This document shows positions 1 to 9,571 of a stretch of 64,000 bases of DNA, one piece after another. The DNA is from Bacteroidia bacterium (GTDB lineage Bacteria; Bacteroidota; Bacteroidia; NS11-12g; UBA9320): NCBI GenBank assembly GCA_028247315.1, contig JAOKFZ010000002.1:18438-82437 (forward strand). Direction: 5' to 3'. How positions within the stretch are numbered: the stretch's first letter is position 1; each line of letters opens with the position of its first letter. The position numbers and the translations under genes are program-made. The notes under the pieces were generated by a model, which worked only from the letters and a program-made list of their open reading frames with translations, was not told where the DNA came from and made no database searches.

Positions 1-599
1 GTGTCATACACATACATAAGTGCATATCTGCGTGCCAATAGGAAAAAACAAATACTCGCAAAAGCGGCTATGAAATGTATCGTGACAATACTTCCAATCA
101 AATTACTATGAACCACTATGGCACCGAGTAGTGCATTTATGAAGACAAAGATGAAACCAGCTAGCGTATACCACAATACGATTGGATTTGATCTAACGTA
201 TTTTAGACTCACAAGAAAACAGATGAATACAACAATGCCAGTAAGGGCACCCAACAGTCTGTTGATGTATTCAATGTAGGCTTTTACTACATTAAATTGA
301 TGCGAATGTTCTATTTGCGTGTCATTTCTGATTGCGTCTGCCTTTTCGTCAAAACCAATAAGATCCAATAGTGCTGTAAAACGCTCGGTTTTCTTTAGAC
401 GTTGATCTTTGAAATAAGCTTCATAATCTGCAGGTAATTCATTCTCAGAAATAGGAGGGACGTACTCTCCAAAGCACTTTGGCCAATCCGGACAACCCAT
501 ACCGCTTCCCGTACTCCGGACCAATCCTCCTATGACAAAAAGCATAAAGATAAGGAAGGTAGAGAGCCAGTTGAGTTTGAGGTATGATATATTTTTCAT
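1..599 (-). CDS. ctaA: Heme A synthase (COX15/CtaA family), 3'-truncated by the window edge
   Basis: Manual translation from ATG at 599: MKNISYLKLNWLSTFLIFMLFVIGGLVRSTGSGMGCPDWPKCFG; later EYINRLLGALTG. GxGCPDWPxC is the CtaA motif. Lies directly downstream of oxidase subunit I. Confidence 0.92.
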   Translation of the reverse strand, partial: MKNISYLKLNWLSTFLIFMLFVIGGLVRSTGSGMGCPDWPKCFGEYVPPISENELPADYEAYFKDQRLKKTERFTALLDLIGFDEKADAIRNDTQIEHSHQFNVVKAYIEYINRLLGALTGIVVFICFLVSLKYVRSNPIVLWYTLAGFIFVFINALLGAIVVHSNLIGSIVTIHFIAAFASICFFLLARRYALMYVYD

Positions 600-616
600 G
601 TTTTAAATTCTATGGC

Positions 617-656
617 AAAAAAAAAGCCGTCTCGCTATGAAGACGAGACGGCTTTT
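617..656 (-). terminator. Intrinsic terminator after cytochrome c oxidase subunit I
   Basis: Inverted repeat aaaagccgtctcg / cgagacggctttt with an A9 run at 617-625 (U-tract on the minus strand). Confidence 0.8.
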
Positions 657-669
657 GATGTCACACTAA

Positions 670-2562
670 TTAGACTGTGCGTGGTATAAACCAATTCTTT
701 ATTAGGGTAAAGAAATTTACCGTTTCATTTACAGGCTCATCTTCAGCAGAAGGAGTAAGTTTGGTTTCCGTCTCGAAGAGTTCTATTTCGTGATCTTCGT
801 CTGGAATATTTTGCATTTTAAAATCCTCTTCATAAGCTGGGTTACTGTAGTCATAAGCCCATCTGTATACCGTAGGGATTTCTCCTGGCCAGTTTCCATG
901 TATGCGTTCTACAGGTGTAGTCCATTCTAGTGTATTTGCTTCCCATGGATTTTGAGATGCTTTTTTACCGATGAATATACTCGAGAAGAAATTATATATG
1001 AATACTATCTGTGCAAGGCCACCAAGGATGGCAGCCATGGTCATTAGTACGTTTACATCTGCCCATACTCCGTATTCTGGTAAGAGTGTGAATGCGTAGT
1101 ATCTACGTGGAACACCTGCTAGTCCGATAAAGTGCATAGGGAAGAATACCAAGTAAGCAGATATAAATGTGAGCCAGAAGTGAATATAACCCAAAGGCTT
1201 ATTCATTAATCGCCCAAACATTTTTGGGAACCAATGATAGATACCTGCGAGCATACCAAATATAGCTGCACAACCCATTACAATGTGGAAGTGACCTACA
1301 ACAAAGTACGTATCATGTAATTGGATATCTAGTGTAGCATTACCTAAGAAGATACCTGTTAGACCTCCAGAGATAAAAAACGATACCAATCCAATGGCAA
1401 ACATCATAGCGTTTGTGAATCGGATATTTCCTCTCCAAAGTGTAGCTAGGTAGTTAAATGTCTTTACGGCAGAAGGAACCGCTATAATTAAGGTAGTTAC
1501 CAAGAATACGGCACCCAGTAATGGATTCATACCAGTGATAAACATATGGTGTCCCCAAACGATAAACGAAAGGAATGCTATACCAAGTAAGGATATAACC
1601 ATAGCTGTGTAACCAAATATGGGTTTACGTGAGTTAATAGCAATAACCTCTGATGTGATACCCAATGCTGGCATAATGATAATATATACCTCTGGATGAC
1701 CCAGGAACCAAAATAAATGCTGGAACAATACTGGACTACCCCCTGTGTGCTCTAATGCACCAGCAGAACCAAGATAAATATCCGATAAGTAGAAACTTGT
1801 TCCAAATCCTCTATCAAATAAAAGTAACAATCCTCCTCCTAATAGTACCGGGAAAGACAACAGTCCAAGAACAGCCGTAAGGAATAAAGCCCATACAGTA
1901 AGAGGTAGTCTTGTCATAGACATACCTTTTGTTCTCATATTAAGTACTGTGCTGATATAGTTGATACCACCCAGTAGTGATGATGCAATAAATAAAATTA
2001 TGGCAGAAAGCCATAATGTCATTCCCATTCCGGAACCCGGCATCGCTTTGGGTAGTGCACTCAATGGTGGGTATATTGTCCATCCACCAGAGGCTGGTCC
2101 CGTTTCTACAAACAATGAAGAAAGCAGAACAATACTACTTAAGAGGAAGAACCAGTAAGACAGCATATTCATAAATGGAGATGCCATATCTCTAGCACCT
2201 ATCTGTAAGGGTAGGAGTAAGTTAGCAAAAGTGCCACTTAGACCTGCAGTAAGCACATAAAATACCATGATAGTGCCGTGCATAGTAACTAAGGCCATAT
2301 AATATCCTGCATCAAGTTTGCCATCTGGAGCCCATTTGCTGCCAAACAACCACTCTAATATAGGGAAAGATGTATCTGGGTAAGCTAATTGGAGACGGAA
2401 AGCGATTGACATCCCCATTCCAATTAAACCCATTATAATACCTGTAATCAAAAATTGCTTCGAGATCATCTTATGATCCATACTGAAGACATACTTCGAT
2501 AGGAAGCTTTCTTCGTGGTGGTGATGATCGTCGGTGTGTGCGTGTGCTACTGCTGTACTCAT
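670..2562 (-). CDS. ctaD: Cytochrome c oxidase subunit I (A1-type heme-copper oxidase)
   Basis: Motifs TMHGTIM, WFLGHPEVY, WGHHMF, GHFHIV and GVPRRY; 12-TM pattern. Confidence 0.97.
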   Translation of the reverse strand: MSTAVAHAHTDDHHHHEESFLSKYVFSMDHKMISKQFLITGIIMGLIGMGMSIAFRLQLAYPDTSFPILEWLFGSKWAPDGKLDAGYYMALVTMHGTIMVFYVLTAGLSGTFANLLLPLQIGARDMASPFMNMLSYWFFLLSSIVLLSSLFVETGPASGGWTIYPPLSALPKAMPGSGMGMTLWLSAIILFIASSLLGGINYISTVLNMRTKGMSMTRLPLTVWALFLTAVLGLLSFPVLLGGGLLLLFDRGFGTSFYLSDIYLGSAGALEHTGGSPVLFQHLFWFLGHPEVYIIIMPALGITSEVIAINSRKPIFGYTAMVISLLGIAFLSFIVWGHHMFITGMNPLLGAVFLVTTLIIAVPSAVKTFNYLATLWRGNIRFTNAMMFAIGLVSFFISGGLTGIFLGNATLDIQLHDTYFVVGHFHIVMGCAAIFGMLAGIYHWFPKMFGRLMNKPLGYIHFWLTFISAYLVFFPMHFIGLAGVPRRYYAFTLLPEYGVWADVNVLMTMAAILGGLAQIVFIYNFFSSIFIGKKASQNPWEANTLEWTTPVERIHGNWPGEIPTVYRWAYDYSNPAYEEDFKMQNIPDEDHEIELFETETKLTPSAEDEPVNETVNFFTLIKNWFIPRTV

Positions 2563-2584
2563 TTTGTTAATTTTATTCTGTAAA

Positions 2585-4357
2585 TTAATTTAATGCTACT
2601 GTTTCAGTACCTTCCTCAGTACTTTCTGTTTCCGCGTTTTCGGTTTCTTCTTTCTTAACAAACAAACCTGCTTGTTCGTTCATCCATTTATCATAAGAAA
2701 TTTGATCTTCTACTACAACCTTCATTTTCATGTTGAAGTGAGCGTTGCCACATATCTTGTTGCATACGAGATAGTAGTCAAATTCTGGATCGCCTTTTAT
2801 TAATCTCATGTCCTCAGTACTTTTTATAGGTCTGAAGGTGAACTCGGTAGGTAAACCGGGTACAACATTCATTTGAGTACGGAAGTAAGGTAGGTAAGCC
2901 GAGTGTATTACATCTCTCGCTCTGAATTTGAATGTGATTAACTCATCCTTTACTAGGTGTATTTCACCAACTACCTGATCATCGTCTCCTTTTCCAGTGA
3001 ACATACTACCTTCTTCAACCTTGAGAGCTCCTTTCAAACGTTCAATTTGTGTGTTTCTGGCACGTATAGTCAATCGCAAATCATCTTCCTTATCGCCAGA
3101 AGTATATTCGGCTATTTTTCTAAGACGAGCATCTCTGTCGTCGCCTACCAGTCCACCTAGTGTAGATTTAAGCTTAGCTAGCTCATGCGGTAACCTGTCA
3201 ATTGCCTCTTGGGTTGATACTATATCTTGTCCGAGCTCAGTAATTAGTCCCGTTGCGTGCTCTTTATTGGCCACACCCAATGGGTTCATGCCGTTGATGA
3301 GGTTGTAGTTGGCTGTACCTAGTTCACCATCAGCACCAGGATACCTTGCGTTCCATCCAAACTGGTAAGCAAACACTTCAATTTTTTTGGTATTTTCTCC
3401 TGCGTTACTTCTCAATATTTGGTTCCACATTTTGAAACCGCCAGAAACCAATACTGCAAGTACTATGGCTGGTATAATCGTCCACACATACTCCAAATTA
3501 TTGTTGTGAGAAAGAAAGTATGCTTTTCTACCTGGCTTTTGCCTGTATTTGAATGAAAAGTAAAACAGCAAAAACTGCGTAACAAAGAACACTGGTAGTG
3601 TTGCTGCAAATGTCCATTGCATCATTTTATCCAGCTCTATACCGTGCTCAGATGCAGACTCAGGTAATAAAAATTGCTTGTGAACACTGTACTCATACAA
3701 GACAAGTCCGAAGAAACCTACTAAGAATACAAGCATCATGTAGGCATTAATATTATTCCAATTAATTATTGCTTTGCCGGTAACATTGGATATCAGTTCT
3801 AGTATGCCGAAAATCATAAGGATAATTATGAATATCAAAAGACTCATTATAACGATTGCCCAGTTGATGTTGTTGAAGAGTGAATCTGGAATAGGCTCAG
3901 GATCTGGTAGCGATACAGGACCCTGGCCACCTTCAGTGGGGCCATCACCATCGTTGTCTATCCACATGAGTATTGAGTTTATATCGTCATCACTTAGGTT
4001 TTCAAAAATATTCATAGCTGCACCATTATACTCATCGTATATTGCGTTTGCTCTGGCATCTCCAGACTTAATTAATTTTTGATTGTTTTTTATCCAAGCA
4101 TTCAACCATTCATAATCTTGATCATACTTGTCGATAACTCCTGCTAAAGCAGGACCTACTACTTTACCTTTCAGTGCGTGGCAAGATGCACAGTTGGCGG
4201 CAAAAAGTGTACTTCCTTTTTCAATTAGCTCGTCTGTACCTTCAACACCGTTAATGGGTCTTGTTAAGACATTTTTGTAGGCAAAAGACTGCTGAACGAA
4301 GAATAATCCTAGAACTAGGAATAACCATTTCGATTGTTGTTTGAATTTTTTGGACAT
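2585..4357 (-). CDS. ctaC: Cytochrome c oxidase subunit II with fused N-terminal monoheme cytochrome c domain
   Basis: CuA ligands DVIHS...CNKICGNAHFNM; QFGWNARYPG aromatic motif; signal peptide followed by CASCH and AAM near the N-terminus. Confidence 0.92.
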   Translation of the reverse strand: MSKKFKQQSKWLFLVLGLFFVQQSFAYKNVLTRPINGVEGTDELIEKGSTLFAANCASCHALKGKVVGPALAGVIDKYDQDYEWLNAWIKNNQKLIKSGDARANAIYDEYNGAAMNIFENLSDDDINSILMWIDNDGDGPTEGGQGPVSLPDPEPIPDSLFNNINWAIVIMSLLIFIIILMIFGILELISNVTGKAIINWNNINAYMMLVFLVGFFGLVLYEYSVHKQFLLPESASEHGIELDKMMQWTFAATLPVFFVTQFLLFYFSFKYRQKPGRKAYFLSHNNNLEYVWTIIPAIVLAVLVSGGFKMWNQILRSNAGENTKKIEVFAYQFGWNARYPGADGELGTANYNLINGMNPLGVANKEHATGLITELGQDIVSTQEAIDRLPHELAKLKSTLGGLVGDDRDARLRKIAEYTSGDKEDDLRLTIRARNTQIERLKGALKVEEGSMFTGKGDDDQVVGEIHLVKDELITFKFRARDVIHSAYLPYFRTQMNVVPGLPTEFTFRPIKSTEDMRLIKGDPEFDYYLVCNKICGNAHFNMKMKVVVEDQISYDKWMNEQAGLFVKKEETENAETESTEEGTETVALN

Positions 4358-4393
4358 CTATACTCTGTTTTATTGAGTTCAATTTTGGTGAGG

Positions 4394-4401
4394 CAAAAAT
4401 A
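4394..4401 (-). promoter_or_regulatory. Bacteroidota sigma-70 -7 element for the oxidase operon
   Basis: TATTTTTG on the minus strand (TAnnTTTG consensus), ~37 nt upstream of the ATG at 4357. Confidence 0.6.
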
Positions 4402-4506
4402 CCTTTTCTCGCACATTATTATAACACACAGAACACAAATAATACACATTCTAAAAACTTTTTAGACTGTATATAAATAGATTTTAAAATGAAGCGTTTA
4501 TAAACA

Positions 4507-4533
4507 CAAAAAGAGGGTAAAACCCTCTTTTTG
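4507..4533. terminator. Intrinsic terminator hairpin in the GT4 / subunit II intergenic region
   Basis: caaaaagagggt-aaa-accctctttttg, perfect 12-bp arms. Confidence 0.7.
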
Positions 4534-4685
4534 AAACCAAAAACTAAATATGAAGTATTGCGACTGCTTATTTACATTCAAACAGTAATAATAATCAATG
4601 TGCAAATTAAATGGCTATTTAATTGACTGTTTGTCACGGTATGGTCATTTCGCGTTTGAGTCGTTCAACTATACCATTGTTGCGA

Positions 4686-5744
4686 CTAAAGTAGGCTTGT
4701 GTAAATTTCTTCGTATTGTTCCAACAGTTTTGGGGTCTTAAAAATTGCTAAACGCTCTGTTATTTTACGTTCCAATTCGAGTCTATTCGTGGGCTCAAGT
4801 AAGGTTTTGAGTGCTAAGGATATGCTTGTGATCTCTGTAGGGTCAAAGTATATAGCAGCGTTGCCTCCTACTTCTGGCATACTGCTGATATTAGAGGTAG
4901 CTACGGTCTTGCCAAACGAAAAAGCTTCTAAAATAGGAATGCCAAAACCCTCAAATACGGAAGGATACACACAGAAAAGTGCATTGCGAAACAGTACACT
5001 CAATTCTTTGGCTTCTACATTTCGTCTTAGAACAATCCTTGGATTACCACTTGCGAGGTTTTGAACTTCTTTAAATGCGTCTCCACTATGACCAGCAATA
5101 ATCAACTTAGTAGTACAATTCTCTAGTGTGTTATAGGCTTTTACCAAGCGGGGGATATTCTTACGTTGACTAAAACCACTCACACACAACATGTAATCTC
5201 CATTGACATTTGACGTATCACTGGCAAAGTTTTTGGCTTGTAAACTTAGAGGAATTACTGCTATTTTATCGGCTAAAGTACCATAGAACGTAATAATATC
5301 TTCCTTCGTTTGCTCACTGGGTGTTATTATCTTAGCAGCGTGTTTCTGGGCATAGTATAGTTTCTTGTTGTATACAATACGATCTATTACTCCGTAATTT
5401 TCTGGATATCGCTTATTAATAAGATCATGTATCGTTACAACAGCTTTTATGTTGGTTTTGTGTATCCCAAAAGGGATCTCATTGCTCACTCCATGAAAAA
5501 TATCAATTTTATCCCTCTCGAGTTTAGAGCAAACAAATTTAGAACGCCAGAGACTCGGAGTTGCCTTGCCAATCCCCTTAGGATAGTGGAGTGGAAGGTC
5601 TACCTTTTGAGAAACTTCTTTAGGCTGATAGAGGTGATAATCAAACTTCTGACGCTGTGCAAGACCGTCAACTAGCCATCGTGCATAGTTTCCAAGTCCA
5701 CTGTTATTATTAAAATAGCGTTTTGCATCAAAGCCAATTTTCAT
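4686..5744 (-). CDS. GT4 family glycosyltransferase
   Basis: MKIGFDAKR..N.SGLGNY N-terminus; PSVFEGFGIPILEA (EX7E motif). Confidence 0.92.
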   Translation of the reverse strand: MKIGFDAKRYFNNNSGLGNYARWLVDGLAQRQKFDYHLYQPKEVSQKVDLPLHYPKGIGKATPSLWRSKFVCSKLERDKIDIFHGVSNEIPFGIHKTNIKAVVTIHDLINKRYPENYGVIDRIVYNKKLYYAQKHAAKIITPSEQTKEDIITFYGTLADKIAVIPLSLQAKNFASDTSNVNGDYMLCVSGFSQRKNIPRLVKAYNTLENCTTKLIIAGHSGDAFKEVQNLASGNPRIVLRRNVEAKELSVLFRNALFCVYPSVFEGFGIPILEAFSFGKTVATSNISSMPEVGGNAAIYFDPTEITSISLALKTLLEPTNRLELERKITERLAIFKTPKLLEQYEEIYTSLL

Positions 5745-5749
5745 AGTAT

Positions 5750-6559
5750 TTACACCGCTACTTGAAAATCACGGAGTACATCGTTTAGTGATGTCTTCTT
5801 ATCTGTAGATGCCTTACGTGTGCCAATAATAAGAGCACAATTTACTCCATAATTCCCAGCTGCAAATTCTTTTTGGATACTGCCTGGTATTACGACGCTT
5901 CTGGCTGGTACTCTTCCTTTGTATTCGATTGGTTCTGATCCTGATACATCGATAATTTTAGTACTCATGGTGAGCGTAACTCCAGCACCAATTACTGCTT
6001 CACTTTCTATGTGTACGCCTTCTACTATAATGCACCTGCTGCCAATGAAGCAATTGTCTTCTATGATAACGGGTGCTGCTTGCACAGGTTCCAATACTCC
6101 GCCAATTCCTACTCCACCACTCAGGTGAACATTTTTGCCTATTTGGGCACAACTTCCAACGGTGGCCCAAGTATCTACCATGGTTCCGCTGTCTACAAAT
6201 GCACCAATATTTACATAGCTAGGCATCATAACTACTCCGCGGGCGATGTGAGATCCGTAGCGGGCCACGGCATGGGGGACTACGCGTATACCTTGTGCTG
6301 CATAGTCTTTCTTGAGAGCCATTTTATCATGAAACTCAAATGGGCCAACTTCTATGGTCTCCATTTTTTGTATCGGAAAGTAAAGGATAACTGCTTTTTT
6401 CACCCAATCATTTACTCGCCATCCCTCGACTGTAGGTTCGGCACATCTCAATCTGCCTTTATCTATATCTTCAATTGCTGCTCGTATGGCGTCTTGAGTT
6501 TCTGAAAGCTCCAGTAGTGATCTGTCATCCCAAGCGGCTAGTATTATTTCCTTCTGCAT
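5750..6559 (-). CDS. dapD: 2,3,4,5-tetrahydropyridine-2,6-dicarboxylate N-succinyltransferase
   Basis: WVKKAVILYF, DTWATVGSCAQIG, HLSGGVGIGGVLEP. Confidence 0.97.
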   Translation of the reverse strand: MQKEIILAAWDDRSLLELSETQDAIRAAIEDIDKGRLRCAEPTVEGWRVNDWVKKAVILYFPIQKMETIEVGPFEFHDKMALKKDYAAQGIRVVPHAVARYGSHIARGVVMMPSYVNIGAFVDSGTMVDTWATVGSCAQIGKNVHLSGGVGIGGVLEPVQAAPVIIEDNCFIGSRCIIVEGVHIESEAVIGAGVTLTMSTKIIDVSGSEPIEYKGRVPARSVVIPGSIQKEFAAGNYGVNCALIIGTRKASTDKKTSLNDVLRDFQVAV

Positions 6560-6638
6560 ACTCCTATGTGATTGACCGCGAAGATATTGATAAATAGTAA
6601 AAAGAGGGGAAGGCTTAGGAAAAAATATAATGGTGTAG

Positions 6639-7136
6639 TTAAGAAAGGATAATACTCATTTTACCATCAACCTCTTCGTAAGATATATGTTCTTTTACGG
6701 TGGTGGCGAGGGAAATACCGACAAAATCGGCCTGTATAGGGAAAGTGTGGTGATCTCTATTCGCCAATACAGCTGTCTTCACTGTCTTGGGATTGTGATT
6801 TAATATTTCTTTAAGTGCAGCAGCCATGGTTCTTCCGGAGTTGAGAACATCATCTACTAGAATAACCGCTTTATTGGTTACTAATTCGCTTTTTTCTAAG
6901 GTAATCTCAGAAGCAAGTGCTTTTGTTTTGTCAAGATAAATAGGAGTAAGTTCTATGTGTATCTCTCCATATTTATCCAGTCTATTCTTTATCTTACCTG
7001 CTACGTCAAATCCTCTATCAGCTAAACCTACCAAAAGTATAGTTTTCACTCCATAGTGTTGCTCAAGTATTTGCCAAGCAATACGGTCTAGCTTTAGTGA
7101 TATCTCTTCATGGTTTAAAATAAGTGATTTTTCCAT
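6639..7136 (-). CDS. PyrR-like phosphoribosyltransferase family protein
   Basis: VILVDDVLNSGRT PRPP-binding loop; R.H..FPI.ADFVG. Confidence 0.85.
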   Translation of the reverse strand: MEKSLILNHEEISLKLDRIAWQILEQHYGVKTILLVGLADRGFDVAGKIKNRLDKYGEIHIELTPIYLDKTKALASEITLEKSELVTNKAVILVDDVLNSGRTMAAALKEILNHNPKTVKTAVLANRDHHTFPIQADFVGISLATTVKEHISYEEVDGKMSIILS

Positions 7137-7139
7137 ACC

Positions 7140-7763
7140 TTATATTTTGAACGGCACTATACCTGATTCTCTGATGCCCAATATAGTGTGGTGTATGTCC
7201 ATGGCCTGATTGATAAGCGAATTTACACCGTCGTTGTAAATAACCCAGTCTGCTCTGCTCATTCGCTCGCGATCTGTAGTCTGATTTTGTATTCTTTTTA
7301 GTATATCTTCCCGTTTTACATGATCCCGTTTAATAATACGATCAATTCGTGTTTCTATTGGGCAGGTTACTACCATTATTCTGTGAAGAGATTTATAACT
7401 GTCTGTTTCAAACAGGAGTGCAGCTTCTTTAATGGAGTAGGGTTCTTCTTTGTGATCTATAGTCCACAGCTCGTAATCATTTTTTACGGCAGGATGTACA
7501 ATGCTATTCAGGACTCTAAGTTGTTCGTCATTATTGAATACAACCTTCGCCAAGTATTCACGGTTTAAATCATCCTTCCGGGTATAGCTGTCCCAACCAA
7601 AGTTCTCAGTTATTGCTTTTTTTAGTTCTGGATCATTTTTCATGAGCCACTTTGCTCTTGCATCCGCGTCGTATATAGGTATACCTAACTGACCAAAAAT
7701 CTTACAGATCGTAGATTTTCCAGCACCCATTCCGCCTGTAATACCAATTCTGAGATGCTGCAT
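7140..7763 (-). CDS. coaE: Dephospho-CoA kinase
   Basis: IGITGGMGAGKST Walker A; LNSIVHP; start moved to the ATG at 7763 to avoid overlap with yajC. Confidence 0.95.
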   Translation of the reverse strand: MQHLRIGITGGMGAGKSTICKIFGQLGIPIYDADARAKWLMKNDPELKKAITENFGWDSYTRKDDLNREYLAKVVFNNDEQLRVLNSIVHPAVKNDYELWTIDHKEEPYSIKEAALLFETDSYKSLHRIMVVTCPIETRIDRIIKRDHVKREDILKRIQNQTTDRERMSRADWVIYNDGVNSLINQAMDIHHTILGIRESGIVPFKI

Positions 7764-7776
7764 TTTTGTTCCTTTG

Positions 7777-8061
7777 TTAATCTTCTTTAGGATTGGTTTC
7801 AAGCAGTGCAGATGCCTCCATATTTATGGCGGCTCTATTTATTTTTAACTTACTTCCTCCTCCGGTGTCTATAACGCAGGTGAGGTCTTTTAGTTCTGTT
7901 ATTTTTCCATGTATGCCACCAGTGGTAACTACTTTGTCTCCTTTTTTAAGGTCAGTTAAAAACTGCTGAAGTTTTTTCTTTTTCTTATTGTTCGGGATGT
8001 AAATAAAGAAGATAAAAACAACTGCTAAGCCAGCGTATATAAAAATTAAATTAGTCTCCAT
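7777..8061 (-). CDS. yajC: Preprotein translocase subunit YajC
   Basis: N-terminal TM helix; LKKGDKVVTTGGIHGKI. Confidence 0.95.
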   Translation of the reverse strand: METNLIFIYAGLAVVFIFFIYIPNNKKKKKLQQFLTDLKKGDKVVTTGGIHGKITELKDLTCVIDTGGGSKLKINRAAINMEASALLETNPKED

Positions 8062-8502
8062 TTATTGCTCTTTTTTCTTTACGAATACTTTTATCTGTAG
8101 AATAGTCTTTACTGGGTTTGTATTCGCTAAGATGGTGATATCCTTATTCACCATATCGCTTTTACCTGCACTATTAAATTCTACTTTTATTTCACCTTTT
8201 TCTCCAGGGGCAATTGGCTCTTTAGGCCAGTTTGGAATAGTACATCCACAACTAGCTGTGGCACTGCTTATTACTAAGTCGCTTTTGCCATCATTTACAA
8301 ATTTGAACGTGTGCTCTACCCGTTCTCCTTCTGTGATAGTTCCAAAATCCCATTGTGATTGGCTAAAAGACATTTTAGGCTCATTGGTATTGTTATTGTC
8401 TGTTTCTAGTACTGCGGTGTCCAAGCTGTTTACTTCTTTAGGTCCATTGTCACAAGCAGTAAATAGTGCTACTAAGACTAGGAGTGTAATTATGTTTTTC
8501 AT
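8062..8502 (-). CDS. DUF1573 domain lipoprotein
   Basis: Lipobox FTAC; DFGTI.EG...ASCGCT.P motif; typical position between nusB and yajC. Confidence 0.9.
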   Translation of the reverse strand: MKNIITLLVLVALFTACDNGPKEVNSLDTAVLETDNNNTNEPKMSFSQSQWDFGTITEGERVEHTFKFVNDGKSDLVISSATASCGCTIPNWPKEPIAPGEKGEIKVEFNSAGKSDMVNKDITILANTNPVKTILQIKVFVKKKEQ

Positions 8503-8563
8503 GCTTTAAGTTTGTTTATTGTTATTGTGTTGTGTTTAGGATGCAAATTTAAACGATAAGTAC

Positions 8564-9502
8564 TTATCCAATTAATCCTCGACCTTTTTTCTGTATGATA
8601 TTTTGTTCTGTCCAGTCTTTTAGTATTCTATCCAGTGTACCGTTTAGAAATTTACTGCTCTTTGGTGTACTGTACATTTTTGCGATTTCAATGTACTCAT
8701 TCAGTGTCACTTTCACGGGTATCATTGGCATGTATTTAAATTCTAACAAAGCCATGGTTATGAGCATATAGTCTATTTTAGTAATACGTTCACTATCCCA
8801 TCCTGGTGTGTATTTGCTTATACTTTCGTCTATTTCTATTTTGTGAGCAAAATATACTTCAACCAACTCATCGGCCATTTGTAGATCCTCTCGTTCATTT
8901 TTAAAAAGTGCAGGAATACGTACTTCTTTGGCTTCATCGAAATGATCCATTACTTTTTCTATACTTTTGAGTATAGGAATTTTCTCGTCATACCAATAGA
9001 TATTTTTATCTTCCATGAGTTGTTCAAACTCAACCGATTCTAAGAGCAAATACGTGTAAAACGATCTGCTAAAATCAGCGTATGTAGCATCATCTAGGGG
9101 CAATGCCATGGCAAGTTTATAAAAGTCTGTTTCTTTTATGTCTTTGTACATCACAAAAACAGTGTCCTTGTCTACAAGCCAATCTATCGTAGGTCTTTGC
9201 GCATAGGTGTTCATCTCATTGTTATCGAGGAGTGTTTCTACGAAAGTGTTTTTGGTAATGAGATCAAAATTTTTGATGTCATCTTCTGAAGTTGTGAACT
9301 TAAAGTCCGTGGGATTATGCTCTGTTTCTATAAAATGAGCGAAGGCTGATAAGAAATTTAAAACAGCTAAGAGGTTGTTCCCCATACCGTGCATTGATTT
9401 TTTTACATTTTGAGCAATCACGGAGGGACTACTGTTTTCTTGTCCAAATTCACCAAAGAGAGCTTGGAACGTTTTAATGCGTATTAATCTTCTATTTAAC
9501 AT
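8564..9502 (-). CDS. nusB: Transcription antitermination factor NusB (Bacteroidota long form)
   Basis: MLNRRLIRIK N-terminus; IPVKVTLNEYIEIAKMYSTPKSSKFLNGTLD. Confidence 0.95.
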   Translation of the reverse strand: MLNRRLIRIKTFQALFGEFGQENSSPSVIAQNVKKSMHGMGNNLLAVLNFLSAFAHFIETEHNPTDFKFTTSEDDIKNFDLITKNTFVETLLDNNEMNTYAQRPTIDWLVDKDTVFVMYKDIKETDFYKLAMALPLDDATYADFSRSFYTYLLLESVEFEQLMEDKNIYWYDEKIPILKSIEKVMDHFDEAKEVRIPALFKNEREDLQMADELVEVYFAHKIEIDESISKYTPGWDSERITKIDYMLITMALLEFKYMPMIPVKVTLNEYIEIAKMYSTPKSSKFLNGTLDRILKDWTEQNIIQKKGRGLIG

Positions 9503-9571
9503 CGAATAATTTCAAAGAATTTATGGGACAAACCTACATTATTTTAGTAGCTATTAGACTACTTTTTCACA

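Noticed and set aside
1961..4082. Antisense ORFs within the oxidase genes, and similar shadow ORFs throughout the window
   Set aside because: They lie fully opposite or inside well-supported genes and have no recognisable motifs.
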